A stretch of 64,000 nucleotides of DNA from Pseudomonadota bacterium (GCA_027624715.1 JAQBTV010000001.1:203752-267751); one strand, 5' to 3'. Numbered from the stretch's first letter, positions 1-9,724 are shown. Made by a program: numbers and translations. Notes: generated by a model from the letters alone, not told the origin.

Positions 1-1626
1 ATCGCCAATGGTAACGGTTGAGATCACGATATTGCTATCCCTCATTCTTTCAATCAAGCGCTCATACTCCGCTGGGGCAGTATCACCATCTGATAGAAGA
101 ATGACATGCTTCTTAGAGACCTCAAGATCTTTGAGTAGCCGGTAAACAATACCTAACGCTGGATATATGTTTGTTTGCCCACTCGCTTGAATGCGGCTGA
201 TGAGTGCCTCCGCTTTACGTTTAGACTTAACCAGCTCCACGGGAACCGGCACATAAGGCTGAGAATCAAAAGCAACAACACCAAAGTAATGCTGCTCTTC
301 GAGCAAATCTAGAGAAGCCCGCGCAGCCTCTTTTGCATACTCGATTTTACTACCTTTCATACTGTATGAACGGTCAATTGCAATGACAAGAGCCATACCT
401 TTACGTTTTTCCTGAGCTTGAAAGTTAGCGGGCAACAAGTCTTCAATAGTGGAATTCGAATATCCTCCATCTCCAAATGTGTTTTCTCCTCCCGCGAAAA
501 TGAGTCCCCCTCCGTAGTCTTTGACATACCGTTTAATATCTTCCATAGAATTCGAGGAGATCCCTTCAGCCAACACATCAGAGAGTATCAGCGCGTCATA
601 GGACTTTAACTCATCATATTTAGGAATACGATCCTGAACAATTACCTCAAACCCCCCCTCAGATAGGGCCTCGCTCAAATACGATGAAGCGCCCAATATG
701 CCTTCCAGGTACAGCACTCTTGCCTTTTTCTCAACCCAAGCACTCATTCGAGAACGATTATTCGCAAGATAGGGGTCATCATCAACATTCATCGAGATGT
801 CCAAAGGTATCAATCCTGAATTAGGGAATTTAATATTCATCTGCACATCATTGAAGCCTCGATCAACCGGATACGCTTGCGTTGCAATTGGATCACCATC
901 AGATGAAATAGAGATCTCAATGTTGGTTTGCTCTGGGCTATACACACTGATTAATGCGGTCGTGGGTTCCAACTCCCTGAGTCGATCAGGAAATTTAACG
1001 TTGCTAATCCAGGCATCTTCCACTTGGGCAGACTCAGCCACCATGGGGAAAATGCGCACATCAGACCTCTGAGCAGCTTGAACCAAATCCAATAAGGAGC
1101 CAGTTGTTTGATTCCCATCAGAAAACAAAACGACTCTCTTAATGGAATCAGAACCGAGCAAAGCAAGCGACTCATCAATGGCATCTTGAAGATTAGTACC
1201 TGACTGCTCTATGTAGCCGGATTCATCTAACGGAACATCTGAACCAAGATCAGCAATGGTTATAGCTCTTGCTTCCTGAGTCGAAGAGACGACTGCGCGG
1301 TTTTTCCCAAAGATCACAAGCTTCGATCGAGCAGGATCATGTCGTTCTTCTACCGCATCAATCCAATTAAGTGCTTTTTCTATGGAATCCGCAGCAACAC
1401 TTCTGGACACGTCAACCGCATAGATTACGGATACGTCCTGGCTAGCATATCGCAAGATTGGCTGTGCCAAGCCCATAATTACGGCTACAACTGCCAACCC
1501 ACGCATGACACTTACCAGCCGGAGATGCCTAGGTCCAAGAGCTGTTTTTGTGTTTGCAGCCAACCACCAAACCAATGGCAAGACTAAAATCAACCAGAGC
1601 GCATGTGGATTTTCAATACTCAACAT
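1..1626 (-). CDS. vWA-domain membrane protein with two vWA domains flanking a GATase1-like middle region; C-terminus runs off the left edge (>=542 aa)
   Basis: Not in the supplied ORF track. Hand translation of the minus strand from ATG 1626-1624 gives MLSIENPHALWLILVLPLVWWLAANTK..., with no stop in any of the 542 codons down to position 1. It has two MIDAS-type DxSxS motifs (DVSRS, DRSYS), vWA strands LFSDGNQTTG and ILLSDGDT, and a BatA_N-like hydrophobic N-terminus. Confidence 0.85.
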   Translation of the reverse strand, partial: MLSIENPHALWLILVLPLVWWLAANTKTALGPRHLRLVSVMRGLAVVAVIMGLAQPILRYASQDVSVIYAVDVSRSVAADSIEKALNWIDAVEERHDPARSKLVIFGKNRAVVSSTQEARAITIADLGSDVPLDESGYIEQSGTNLQDAIDESLALLGSDSIKRVVLFSDGNQTTGSLLDLVQAAQRSDVRIFPMVAESAQVEDAWISNVKFPDRLRELEPTTALISVYSPEQTNIEISISSDGDPIATQAYPVDRGFNDVQMNIKFPNSGLIPLDISMNVDDDPYLANNRSRMSAWVEKKARVLYLEGILGASSYLSEALSEGGFEVIVQDRIPKYDELKSYDALILSDVLAEGISSNSMEDIKRYVKDYGGGLIFAGGENTFGDGGYSNSTIEDLLPANFQAQEKRKGMALVIAIDRSYSMKGSKIEYAKEAARASLDLLEEQHYFGVVAFDSQPYVPVPVELVKSKRKAEALISRIQASGQTNIYPALGIVYRLLKDLEVSKKHVILLSDGDTAPAEYERLIERMRDSNIVISTVTIGD

Positions 1627-1639
1627 AAGCACCACATTT

Positions 1640-3430
1640 TCACTGGGTAATACGCCGGTGGTAAAAATACCAATCCAGCATCAATAAAATAAGAGTCATA
1701 ACGCCAGCCAGGAATGCGAACGAATACCCTCTCAATCTTGGATTAACAATGTTTTGAGAGGACTCGAGACTCGGTAACTTTGATACGTTAATGTCGCTGA
1801 ATCGCTGATCCAGTTGACTCACCGAAACTCTTAGAGGCCCGTTAGGCGTAAATGCCGTGTACAAACCCGCCTCCTGAGTATGAAAATACGCCTTCCCATC
1901 GGCAGACCATAGAGGTATATCGACTCCATCGATACGATAAATCTTTGTCACATCACCCGGGAGCTTCACAACTCCCAGATTGGCACTCAAAACCGGAGGC
2001 TCATCAACTAACCAAGTAATTGAATTCGAGAGAAGAATTGGAAAATCCGCAAGAAAAGTAAGATTAGATTTATCGAGATCGAATCCAAAGAGAATGTTTT
2101 TAATTGCGCCGGGAACGGCAATTGCCAAAATCTCCCCATCCTCAGCTTCGAGTAAGGGATCCACACCGCCACTAACGCCAAATACGAAGGCGGTCTCAAC
2201 TAAGAGATCCGACATAGATATATTTCTAAGAATAGGGTGTACAGTATTTTTTTCGACTGAAAGTTGCGAACTACGAATTGGCGTGACCGAAATATCCAGC
2301 CAATTAGACGAGTCAACACCGAAGAAAATAGACGGAACAGTGGGTTTACGCTCAGATGGAATTCCATCAAACACCATTGCGTCGAAACTTCTCTCCCCAG
2401 GTTTAAGGGCCTCATACTGAGCCGGCGTTAGTTGGCTCACGGATACACGCGGCATTAAGCTGAGCAAGGTGAACAACTTCGAATCCTGCGTGTTCGCAAC
2501 TAACCCCACCCGAACCTGCTTCTTTTCCGTGATGTATCCAAAAGCCGTATCATCAGCCTTAAAACTGTCCGCGCTAGAAAATACAGCCGCCTTGACAGGG
2601 CCGCTATCAAACTTCGTGGCATCAAATATGTGGGTTACTTTTTCATGGGGTCCTAAATCGACCCTTCTCCTAAGAATTCGAGACTGAGTCTGAGCCAACT
2701 CTATCTCAACGAGTTGCGAATCGCTCCCAGCATTCACAACCTCAACAAATGCCTGTCGTCTTTGTGCATCGCCAGGAACAGTGGCAAAAGATAATCGGGT
2801 GATTCCAACATTGGGAGCAGACTGAAAGACCGAGACAAGATTGAAATTCTCAGGCACCCCACCGATTAAGACCCCATCCGTATATATGAATTTTTTCGAC
2901 GCATCGACTGTCGCCACTTGAGATGGGACAAGCGGTTCAAGGCTATTACCGATTTCAAGTTGCTCAAGAATTTGTAAAGCATCTGAAACCGAACTAAAAG
3001 AAGGTGTCGTAATTTGCCTTTGCGTATCAACCAGCATGACTTGAACATCTTTTGATAGGGACGCCAAAAGTTTCATCACAGAATCTTTGGCAACATTGTA
3101 GCGACTGAGTCCACTCTGCGTCAAAGCCTCCATCGACGGGGAGTTATCAAGGATGATCAATGTTCTATCATCAGCCTGACCATCAACCGAAGGGCGCAAC
3201 GCAGCTGACAGCAAACAAATCGCAATAAACAAAGCTAACAAAAGCGACAACCACCACCGCCACCGCTCACTAATCAGACGAGAAGAACCAATGACTCGCT
3301 TCCAAATCAGATTGGACGATATCACTCGATTGAGTAATGGAGGCCGCAAAAGATAGAGCAGAATTACCGCGGCGATTAGGCCAAATAATAAGAACGAGAA
3401 CAAAGGACTTGATGCAAAGAAAGTTATCAT
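1640..3430 (-). CDS. two-anchor membrane protein with a BatA_N-like N-terminal double TM, one vWA domain and a C-terminal TM helix
   Basis: 596-aa ORF. The N-terminus FFASSPLFSFLLFGLIAAVILLYLLRPP fits the aerotolerance-regulator N-terminal pattern. It has MIDAS-like LIILDNSPSM and a C-terminal hydrophobic helix (FAFLAGVMTLILLMLDWYF). Its ATG overlaps the upstream stop (ATGA at 3427-3430). Confidence 0.8.
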   Translation of the reverse strand: MITFFASSPLFSFLLFGLIAAVILLYLLRPPLLNRVISSNLIWKRVIGSSRLISERWRWWLSLLLALFIAICLLSAALRPSVDGQADDRTLIILDNSPSMEALTQSGLSRYNVAKDSVMKLLASLSKDVQVMLVDTQRQITTPSFSSVSDALQILEQLEIGNSLEPLVPSQVATVDASKKFIYTDGVLIGGVPENFNLVSVFQSAPNVGITRLSFATVPGDAQRRQAFVEVVNAGSDSQLVEIELAQTQSRILRRRVDLGPHEKVTHIFDATKFDSGPVKAAVFSSADSFKADDTAFGYITEKKQVRVGLVANTQDSKLFTLLSLMPRVSVSQLTPAQYEALKPGERSFDAMVFDGIPSERKPTVPSIFFGVDSSNWLDISVTPIRSSQLSVEKNTVHPILRNISMSDLLVETAFVFGVSGGVDPLLEAEDGEILAIAVPGAIKNILFGFDLDKSNLTFLADFPILLSNSITWLVDEPPVLSANLGVVKLPGDVTKIYRIDGVDIPLWSADGKAYFHTQEAGLYTAFTPNGPLRVSVSQLDQRFSDINVSKLPSLESSQNIVNPRLRGYSFAFLAGVMTLILLMLDWYFYHRRITQ

Positions 3431-4305
3431 CGAAACATGCCTTCCTTCTTTAAAGCTGTGAGCACAGACGCTTCAAAATCAACATCTGTTCGTAAAGACA
3501 CATAGCTCCATCCTGCATGCTTGAAAAACTGCTCTGTATTCGCCCGGTACTTATTAAATTCCATTCGATAGGTTGCCAACATCGTTTCGGTCACTTGAGC
3601 GTTTAGCGCTTCGCGCGTTTCTGAATCGACCAAAACAACTTGCCCATTCAAACTGGGGCTTTCTTCCTCTGGGGCAATAATATGACCCGCAAAAACATCA
3701 TGCCCGTACTGGATAAGTGGACGAAAACTATCTTCGAGTGTTTGCTCAAGCAAAAAATCTGAAATCACAAATACCAAACCTCGGGTGCGACCAGTCCCAA
3801 AAAAACGACGGAACGTATTCGCCAAATTTGTTTGGCCTTCATTTTTTAAAGAATCTAGAAAATGCATTGCGCGCCACATGTGGTTTTTGCCGCGCCGCCC
3901 TGGCATTTCTTTCACCACGCCATCAGAAAATGAAATTAAACTCACCCGATCATGATTTAAAAGTCCCGCATAGGCCAAAACTGCAGCAAGTTTTTTGGCT
4001 ATCTTCAGCTTTCTTGAAGCCTCGCCACCCATTGATGCACTGTTATCAATAAATATGTATATCGGAGTGTCAGCCTCTTCCTCAAACATACGAAGCACCA
4101 AGCGGTCTAAGCGCATATACGTAGCCCAATCGAGGTTTCGAATATCATCACCTGAAGAATAAGGCCTGTAATCAGCAAAGATCATGCCAGAACCAGTTCG
4201 CCGTGATCTGTGCTGACCACGCAAATGTCCCGCCACCGGCCGACGAAGCAGCAGTGAAATACCCTCTAAATGACGCAGAAATTCCTTACTTAGAAGAGTT
4301 GACAT
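3427..4305 (-). CDS. DUF58 family protein (vWA-like, MoxR partner)
   Basis: 292 aa. YRPYSSGDDIRNLDWATYMRLDRLVLRMFEEE followed by IYIFIDNSASMGG is the typical DUF58 signature. It sits directly downstream of a MoxR ATPase. Confidence 0.88.
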   Translation of the reverse strand: MSTLLSKEFLRHLEGISLLLRRPVAGHLRGQHRSRRTGSGMIFADYRPYSSGDDIRNLDWATYMRLDRLVLRMFEEEADTPIYIFIDNSASMGGEASRKLKIAKKLAAVLAYAGLLNHDRVSLISFSDGVVKEMPGRRGKNHMWRAMHFLDSLKNEGQTNLANTFRRFFGTGRTRGLVFVISDFLLEQTLEDSFRPLIQYGHDVFAGHIIAPEEESPSLNGQVVLVDSETREALNAQVTETMLATYRMEFNKYRANTEQFFKHAGWSYVSLRTDVDFEASVLTALKKEGMFR

Positions 4306-4363
4306 AAATCTTCAACACTATTCTTTAATAGAGGCTGCGTTTGAGGTGTTTAAGCACTGGCAC

Positions 4364-5359
4364 TTAAGTTTTAGGTAACGCAACACAACGAACAATTTCC
4401 TCAAGGATTTGGTCAGAGTCTACTTTCTCCGCCTCAGCTTCAAAATTAATCAGAACACGATGCCTTAACGCTGGCATCACAACCGCTTTGACATCATCGA
4501 TACTCACATAAAATCGATCATTGAGCAGCGCATTGACCTTCGCACCCAAGATTAATGACTGCACGCCACGAGGACTCGAACCAAATCGAACATATTGCTT
4601 GGCTAAATCGTGCCCCTCAGTACTTTCAGGGTGTGTCGCAAGGGCGAGTGCTATTGCATACCGCATAACCGGCTCAGCAACAGGAACTGCTCGCGCTGTT
4701 TCTCTCATTTCCAAAATCTCAGCTTTACTAAGCACGTGCGATGCTGTTAATTCATCTTGTTGCGTGGTACGTTCAACGATTGTTAATAAATCTGCTGCCT
4801 TGGGAAAATCTAACCTTAACTTGAACAAAAATCGATCCATCTGCGCCTCAGGCAAAGGATAGGTACCTTCCATCTCGATCGGGTTTTGAGTAGCCAGAAC
4901 AAAGAACGGCTGATCAAGTTTGTGCGTCGCCCCACCTGCAGAGACACTATTCTCCTGCATCGCCTCCAAAAGGGCAGATTGTGTTTTGGGTGTTGCCCTG
5001 TTGATTTCATCTGCAAGCAGTATGTTAGTAAATACAGGGCCTCTCTGAAATTCAAACGATTTTTTACCGCTATCAGTTTCTCGTACGACATTAGCACCGA
5101 TGATGTCGCCAGGCATTAGGTCGGGCGTAAATTGTATTCGAGAAAAGCCTAGATCAGTTGCATCCGATAACGTTTGTACGATCTTTGTCTTCCCAATTCC
5201 TGGAATACCTTCGAGCAACACATGACCACGAACCAACAAACACGTCATGACGTTTGAAATCACATCTTCATTGCCAACGATGACCTTCGAGACCTCATCA
5301 ACAACTTGAGAGAAACGATCTTGAAAAATTTTTACCTGTTGCTCCACACTTGACGTCAT
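4364..5359 (-). CDS. MoxR-family AAA+ ATPase
   Basis: 331 aa. Walker A is EGIPGIGKT, Walker B and sensor are LLADEINRATPKTQSALLEAMQE, and VLATQNPIEMEGTYPLPEAQMDRF is also present. All are hallmark MoxR motifs. Confidence 0.93.
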   Translation of the reverse strand: MTSSVEQQVKIFQDRFSQVVDEVSKVIVGNEDVISNVMTCLLVRGHVLLEGIPGIGKTKIVQTLSDATDLGFSRIQFTPDLMPGDIIGANVVRETDSGKKSFEFQRGPVFTNILLADEINRATPKTQSALLEAMQENSVSAGGATHKLDQPFFVLATQNPIEMEGTYPLPEAQMDRFLFKLRLDFPKAADLLTIVERTTQQDELTASHVLSKAEILEMRETARAVPVAEPVMRYAIALALATHPESTEGHDLAKQYVRFGSSPRGVQSLILGAKVNALLNDRFYVSIDDVKAVVMPALRHRVLINFEAEAEKVDSDQILEEIVRCVALPKT

Positions 5360-6957
5360 CTCTTATTTCCTTCATGAATTTCTAAAAAATACTGTTGTAC
5401 CGCTTGTCTCTGTTCTACAGAAACAAATTCACCGTTAATTACATCCACGTCGTCATAGGTGCCAGAATCTAAGCCTTGGACGGTTTCCGTTCGAGCTTTC
5501 GCTCTCTTGCTTGCTTGAAACTCCCAAGCCGACTCCTCGCCTTCGACACTATCATCACCTTTCACTTGAGTTTTTTCTAGACGCAAAACTGCATCTAAAC
5601 GTTGCGTCATACGGCCTTCCAACGCTAATGCAGCAGCATGCCCTTCGGGCGCCCCTGTCGAGCTGCCATCATCACCTTTATCTTTCTCATTAGCATTCAC
5701 TGCTCCCTGACGAAAAAGTGAGCCGCCCGACATATCATTATTCCCAGCATCAGGTGAGGGTGATCCATTGCTCGCTTGTACTTGATCGGATGTAGCTGAT
5801 CTGCCACCAAGCTCCGCAGCATTGGTTTGAGCCAGTCCCATGCGCTCACCTGCGCTCTCCATTCTAGAGGCAGCTGTATTCGCTCTTTCTTGAGACTCCA
5901 TCTGCTGTTGTGCTTGCTCTAAGTTTTCAATCAACCGCGTAATATTTCGGGGGTCTGGCCTTCCTACCTCATTCAAAAGATCGCGCGCAGCGTCCCCAAG
6001 CTCGGCGGACGATATATTTTCACTACGTACCGTTGCGCCTGCTTTTTGCTCCTCAATACCAAGTTGCCCATCGATATCGGATAAAGCAGCAAGTTCTTCT
6101 TGCTTTTCTTTAAGTAGCATTAAGGCTTCTTGAATCTTGCCTTGCTCCAAAGCCCGACCAACGGCTTCAAATCCCTTTTGCTCCAAAAGAATTTTTGATA
6201 ATTTAGACAATCCTTCGCGCGTCATAACAGCGTCCATGTTGATTTGATCTAACACTTCTCGGGCCTTTCTCAAAGCCTCCTTTTTCGCTTCAAAACTAAC
6301 GTCGTCACGCTGAAGCACATCAAGGGCTTCATTTATTTCTTTAATATCTGTTGCTTCCTGCCTTCCAGAAACACGATTCGACGCTGCGTTTATATTCTCC
6401 GAGCTTGCAATAGTTCGAACGTCTAAATCCGACTTATGGGCAGTCACAACATTTGATGTCCCTACCCAGGTAACTGCGAAAAATAAGATCGCAATAACTG
6501 CAATCTTGCCACTTTGGGGAACACGTAGCGGGACCATCGTATCCGCCTTAATTGGTTGGATACGCGCGACAGCACGTTCAAGATGGGCCATAACAAAAGC
6601 GCTCTCCCCGACACTTGAGTGCTTTCTTTTCGACTCCATAAACCACAGAGCGCTAAGCACCTCATCTTTTAAGCCTGCTCTCTCATCCAGGTACCGCGCT
6701 GCATCCTGAGCATCAACACTTGTCCAGGCCTTGAACCAGATATACACGAGCAAAGCTGAAATAAACCCACCGAGGCCAATCGCAGCCCAACCGGATTTGA
6801 CGAGATCGAACGGAATTGATAGAACCAACAAGGCTGCAAAAGCAAAAAAAGTCACAGCGACAGCGAATCCAAGTTCACTTATCAGACGGGTAAGTCTCAA
6901 TTTGAGAGCTACGTCGGAGACCAACTGCTTAATTTCTGAGGGGCGGGATAAAGGCAT
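5356..6957 (-). CDS. membrane protein with three predicted TM helices plus a long coiled-coil / low-complexity region; first gene of the MoxR operon
   Basis: 533-aa ORF with hydrophobic segments near the N-terminus, a long E/K/Q/A-rich region and a C-terminal ...EQRQAVQQYFLEI tail. Its stop overlaps the MoxR start (ATGA at 5356-5359). No family assignment is possible by eye. Confidence 0.7.
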   Translation of the reverse strand: MPLSRPSEIKQLVSDVALKLRLTRLISELGFAVAVTFFAFAALLVLSIPFDLVKSGWAAIGLGGFISALLVYIWFKAWTSVDAQDAARYLDERAGLKDEVLSALWFMESKRKHSSVGESAFVMAHLERAVARIQPIKADTMVPLRVPQSGKIAVIAILFFAVTWVGTSNVVTAHKSDLDVRTIASSENINAASNRVSGRQEATDIKEINEALDVLQRDDVSFEAKKEALRKAREVLDQINMDAVMTREGLSKLSKILLEQKGFEAVGRALEQGKIQEALMLLKEKQEELAALSDIDGQLGIEEQKAGATVRSENISSAELGDAARDLLNEVGRPDPRNITRLIENLEQAQQQMESQERANTAASRMESAGERMGLAQTNAAELGGRSATSDQVQASNGSPSPDAGNNDMSGGSLFRQGAVNANEKDKGDDGSSTGAPEGHAAALALEGRMTQRLDAVLRLEKTQVKGDDSVEGEESAWEFQASKRAKARTETVQGLDSGTYDDVDVINGEFVSVEQRQAVQQYFLEIHEGNKR

Positions 6958-7081
6958 AAAAAAGTCTGATTGTATACCAAATCTAATGAGCTGCTAACTT
7001 CGTAGAGAACGGTTAATGGGTAGCTTATAGTTAGCCATAAGGCATATTGAGCGATGCTCGATCAGATATACTTGAGACAAT

Positions 7082-8515
7082 ATGATACCTAATCGACTAG
7101 AACGATTTTTTCTTGCGGCCTTGACATGTCTCAGTTGCATAAGTTGCATCATCCATCCTGGATGGGCTAATGCAGGAGATAAGCCTCATATCATTTACAT
7201 CATGACGAATGACTTAGGATGGAGAGATCTGGGGTTTCATGGGGGACGTGCGCCAACACCGCACCTGGATGCGCTATCAGCCTCTGGCACTCGCCTCGAA
7301 AGTTTTTATACGCTACCTTATTCGTCATCGACTCGTGCAGCACTCTTGACTGGCCGCTATCCCTATCGATTTGGACTTCAAACCAACTCGATTTTATCTT
7401 GGAGTACCTATGGGATTCCTCAGAGCGAACGCCTACTTCCACAAGCGCTAAACCTAGCAGGTTATCGAACAACCATGGTTGGTTCTTGGTTACTGGGTCA
7501 CGCAAAAAGGGAGTACCTTCCGACACAAAGAGGTTTTGATTATTTCTATGGTAGCCTCACGCCGACTGCGGACCACTTAAAAAAAATTAATACGATCGGT
7601 CTAACTGACTGGTTTGAGGGTGAAAAACAAATTACGGAGTTTGGATACGCAACCGACCTAATAAGTGAAAAATCTGCAGCCCTCATAGCTGCCCACGATC
7701 AGACCGTACCACTTTTTATGATGATTAGCTTTCCAGCGCCCGGGATGCCACTTCAAGCACCCGACCGCCTTGTGAGAAATTTCAACCAGATCGAGGATCA
7801 AGCGGTACAAACCTACCTAGCTATGGTTTCCCAAATTGATGAGGGTGTTGGCGCAATTCTCTCAGCGCTCGATAAAAAGGGGATACGTCAAGACACAGTT
7901 ATTGTTTTTCATAGTGATAGTGGTGGCTCAGTCAAACGTAAATATTTATCCGGAGATGGTGATACTCATCAAAACGTGAGCGATAATGGTCCACTTCGCT
8001 CGGGAAGCGGATCACTTTATGAAGGTGGTGTGCGCGTTCCAGCAATAATCTCCTGGCCCGGAAAAATCAAACCAATAATTTCTACCGAGCGCGTCCACGT
8101 TGTTGACATGTATATCACTTTGCTTGAAATTGCGGGAGCTCCGACGAGCAATAATAGTCAAGTTAAACCAGTAGATGGCATCAGCATATTACCGCTACTT
8201 TTTAAAAACCAATTACTCCCAAATAGGGCTCTAGTACTGAACGTCACAGAACTGGGAGGCGCTATATTAAGAGACAACTGGAAACTTATTTTGGTTAGTA
8301 CACTTCCCTCGCAAAGAGAACTCTACGATATTGAGAGGGACCCCTCAGAAGAATTGAATGTCGTGAGTAAATATCCAGAAATTGCTGATGAGCTCACGGA
8401 TGCATTAGTGGAGGCTTCTTGGGAAATGGTACCTTCACTTTATTTGAAAGATCTGTCCAATCCTCGCAATCATTACACACCGATGATTTGGAACGAAAAC
8501 CCACAACGGCCTTAA
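7082..8515 (+). CDS. secreted arylsulfatase-B-like protein with substituted active site (probable pseudo-sulfatase)
   Basis: 477 aa with a signal peptide ending WANA/GD. It resembles type I sulfatases throughout (DLGWRDLGFHGG, RAALLTGRYP, LPTQRGFDYFYG, LYEGGVRVP, DIERDPSE). Catalytic positions are changed: SSSTR replaces C/S-x-P-x-R, TND replaces DD, SWLLG replaces KWHLG, and SDSGG replaces TDNGG. Confidence 0.85.
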   Translation: MIPNRLERFFLAALTCLSCISCIIHPGWANAGDKPHIIYIMTNDLGWRDLGFHGGRAPTPHLDALSASGTRLESFYTLPYSSSTRAALLTGRYPYRFGLQTNSILSWSTYGIPQSERLLPQALNLAGYRTTMVGSWLLGHAKREYLPTQRGFDYFYGSLTPTADHLKKINTIGLTDWFEGEKQITEFGYATDLISEKSAALIAAHDQTVPLFMMISFPAPGMPLQAPDRLVRNFNQIEDQAVQTYLAMVSQIDEGVGAILSALDKKGIRQDTVIVFHSDSGGSVKRKYLSGDGDTHQNVSDNGPLRSGSGSLYEGGVRVPAIISWPGKIKPIISTERVHVVDMYITLLEIAGAPTSNNSQVKPVDGISILPLLFKNQLLPNRALVLNVTELGGAILRDNWKLILVSTLPSQRELYDIERDPSEELNVVSKYPEIADELTDALVEASWEMVPSLYLKDLSNPRNHYTPMIWNENPQRP

Positions 8516-8554
8516 CCGAGGCTTTTCATCTCGACTGTCTATGCTTCCAACCCA

Positions 8555-9724
8555 TTGACATATCGAGAAAAATGCATCAACGTCGACGACTTAAGGCTTC
8601 AGGCGAAGGAAAGGCTCCCAAAATCAATTTTTGAATTCATCGATGGAGGCGCTCAAGACGAAACCACTCTACGACACAATTATACCGATTTCAAAAATTG
8701 GGGATTTGTACATAGAGTACTGAGCGATATCTCTCGTCGGAACCAGGAAGTTGAGTTATTCGGACAACGATATTTTACTCCACTCGTACTTGGACCAATG
8801 GGACTCGCAGGTCTGGTTCGATGTGAAGGAGAAAATCAAGCTGCCCTGGCCGCAGCAAACCAAAACGTACCCTTTTGCCCCTCATCAATGTCGACGTGTA
8901 GCATCGAGGAGATCACAAAAAAACGTCGGCAAGGCAGTGGTTTCAACTCAACGTCCTAAGAGATAAAGGTATTACGCGAGAATTTATTCGTATTGCCAAA
9001 GAACTGCTCTGTAGCGTGTTGGTCGTTACCGTTGACACAAAATTACTCAGGGCGCGCGAACGGGGTATACGCAACGGCTTTGTGGTCCCTCCTAAATTCA
9101 CACGCACTACCCTATTTGATTTTTAAATACATACATGTTGGCTCTTCGATGTTGGGTTGGGGAGAAAAATAAAATACCGGAATTTCGATAACATGAGTAT
9201 CAATACCAACTCTGTAATATCGATAACGGAATTTATTAAAGCAAAATGGGATGTCCCTATGAATTGGGATGACATCGCTTGGTTTAAAGAACAATGGAGG
9301 GGGCCGTTGTAATTAAAGGCATTCTCTCACCTGAAGATGCGAGAATTGCGGAATCAATTGGGGCGGATGGCGTGATTGTATCCAACCACGGCGGCAGACA
9401 ACTCGATGGGGCAATTTCATCGATTTCTGCCTTGGCAAAAATCAAAGCATCAGTAAGTGATGATTACCCCTTAATACTCGATGGCGGTATCCGTCGGGGC
9501 TCAGACGTAGTCAAAGCCATTGCTCTGGGGGCTAAGGCGTGCATGCTCGGTAGACCGTGGCTTTACGGACCCGCCTCAGGGGGGGGCAGGCTGGCGTTGA
9601 ACACTGTATTAAAATATTAAAGGTAGAGATCGATCTGACGCTAGGACTACTCGGAGTCACGCAACTGAATGAACTCAATGCGAGCTATTTATCGCGCGCA
9701 GTAGATTTTGATGCCTCAGGCTAA
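8555..9724 (+). pseudogene. FMN-dependent alpha-hydroxy-acid dehydrogenase (LldD / glycolate-oxidase family), disrupted
   Basis: Family-typical sequence is spread over three frames: ...FEFIDGGAQDE...SIEEITKK | SARQWFQLNVLRDKGITREF...VVTVDT...LFDF* IHTCWLFDVGLG...WDDIAWFKEQWRGPL | VVIKGILSPEDA...VSNHGGRQLDG...LDGGIRRGSDV...ASGG | QAGVEHCIKILKVEIDLTLGLLG. The lesions are a frameshift at A7 (8917-8923), an in-frame TAA (9124-9126), a frameshift at G5 (9299-9303) and a frameshift at G8 (9579-9586). Confidence 0.8.

Noticed and set aside
8751-8966. 71-aa ORF in an alternative frame within the dehydrogenase locus
   Set aside because: It is a by-product of the frameshifted pseudogene. Its translation (Arg/Ser/Gln-rich) has no family similarity, while the other two frames carry the LldD-like sequence.
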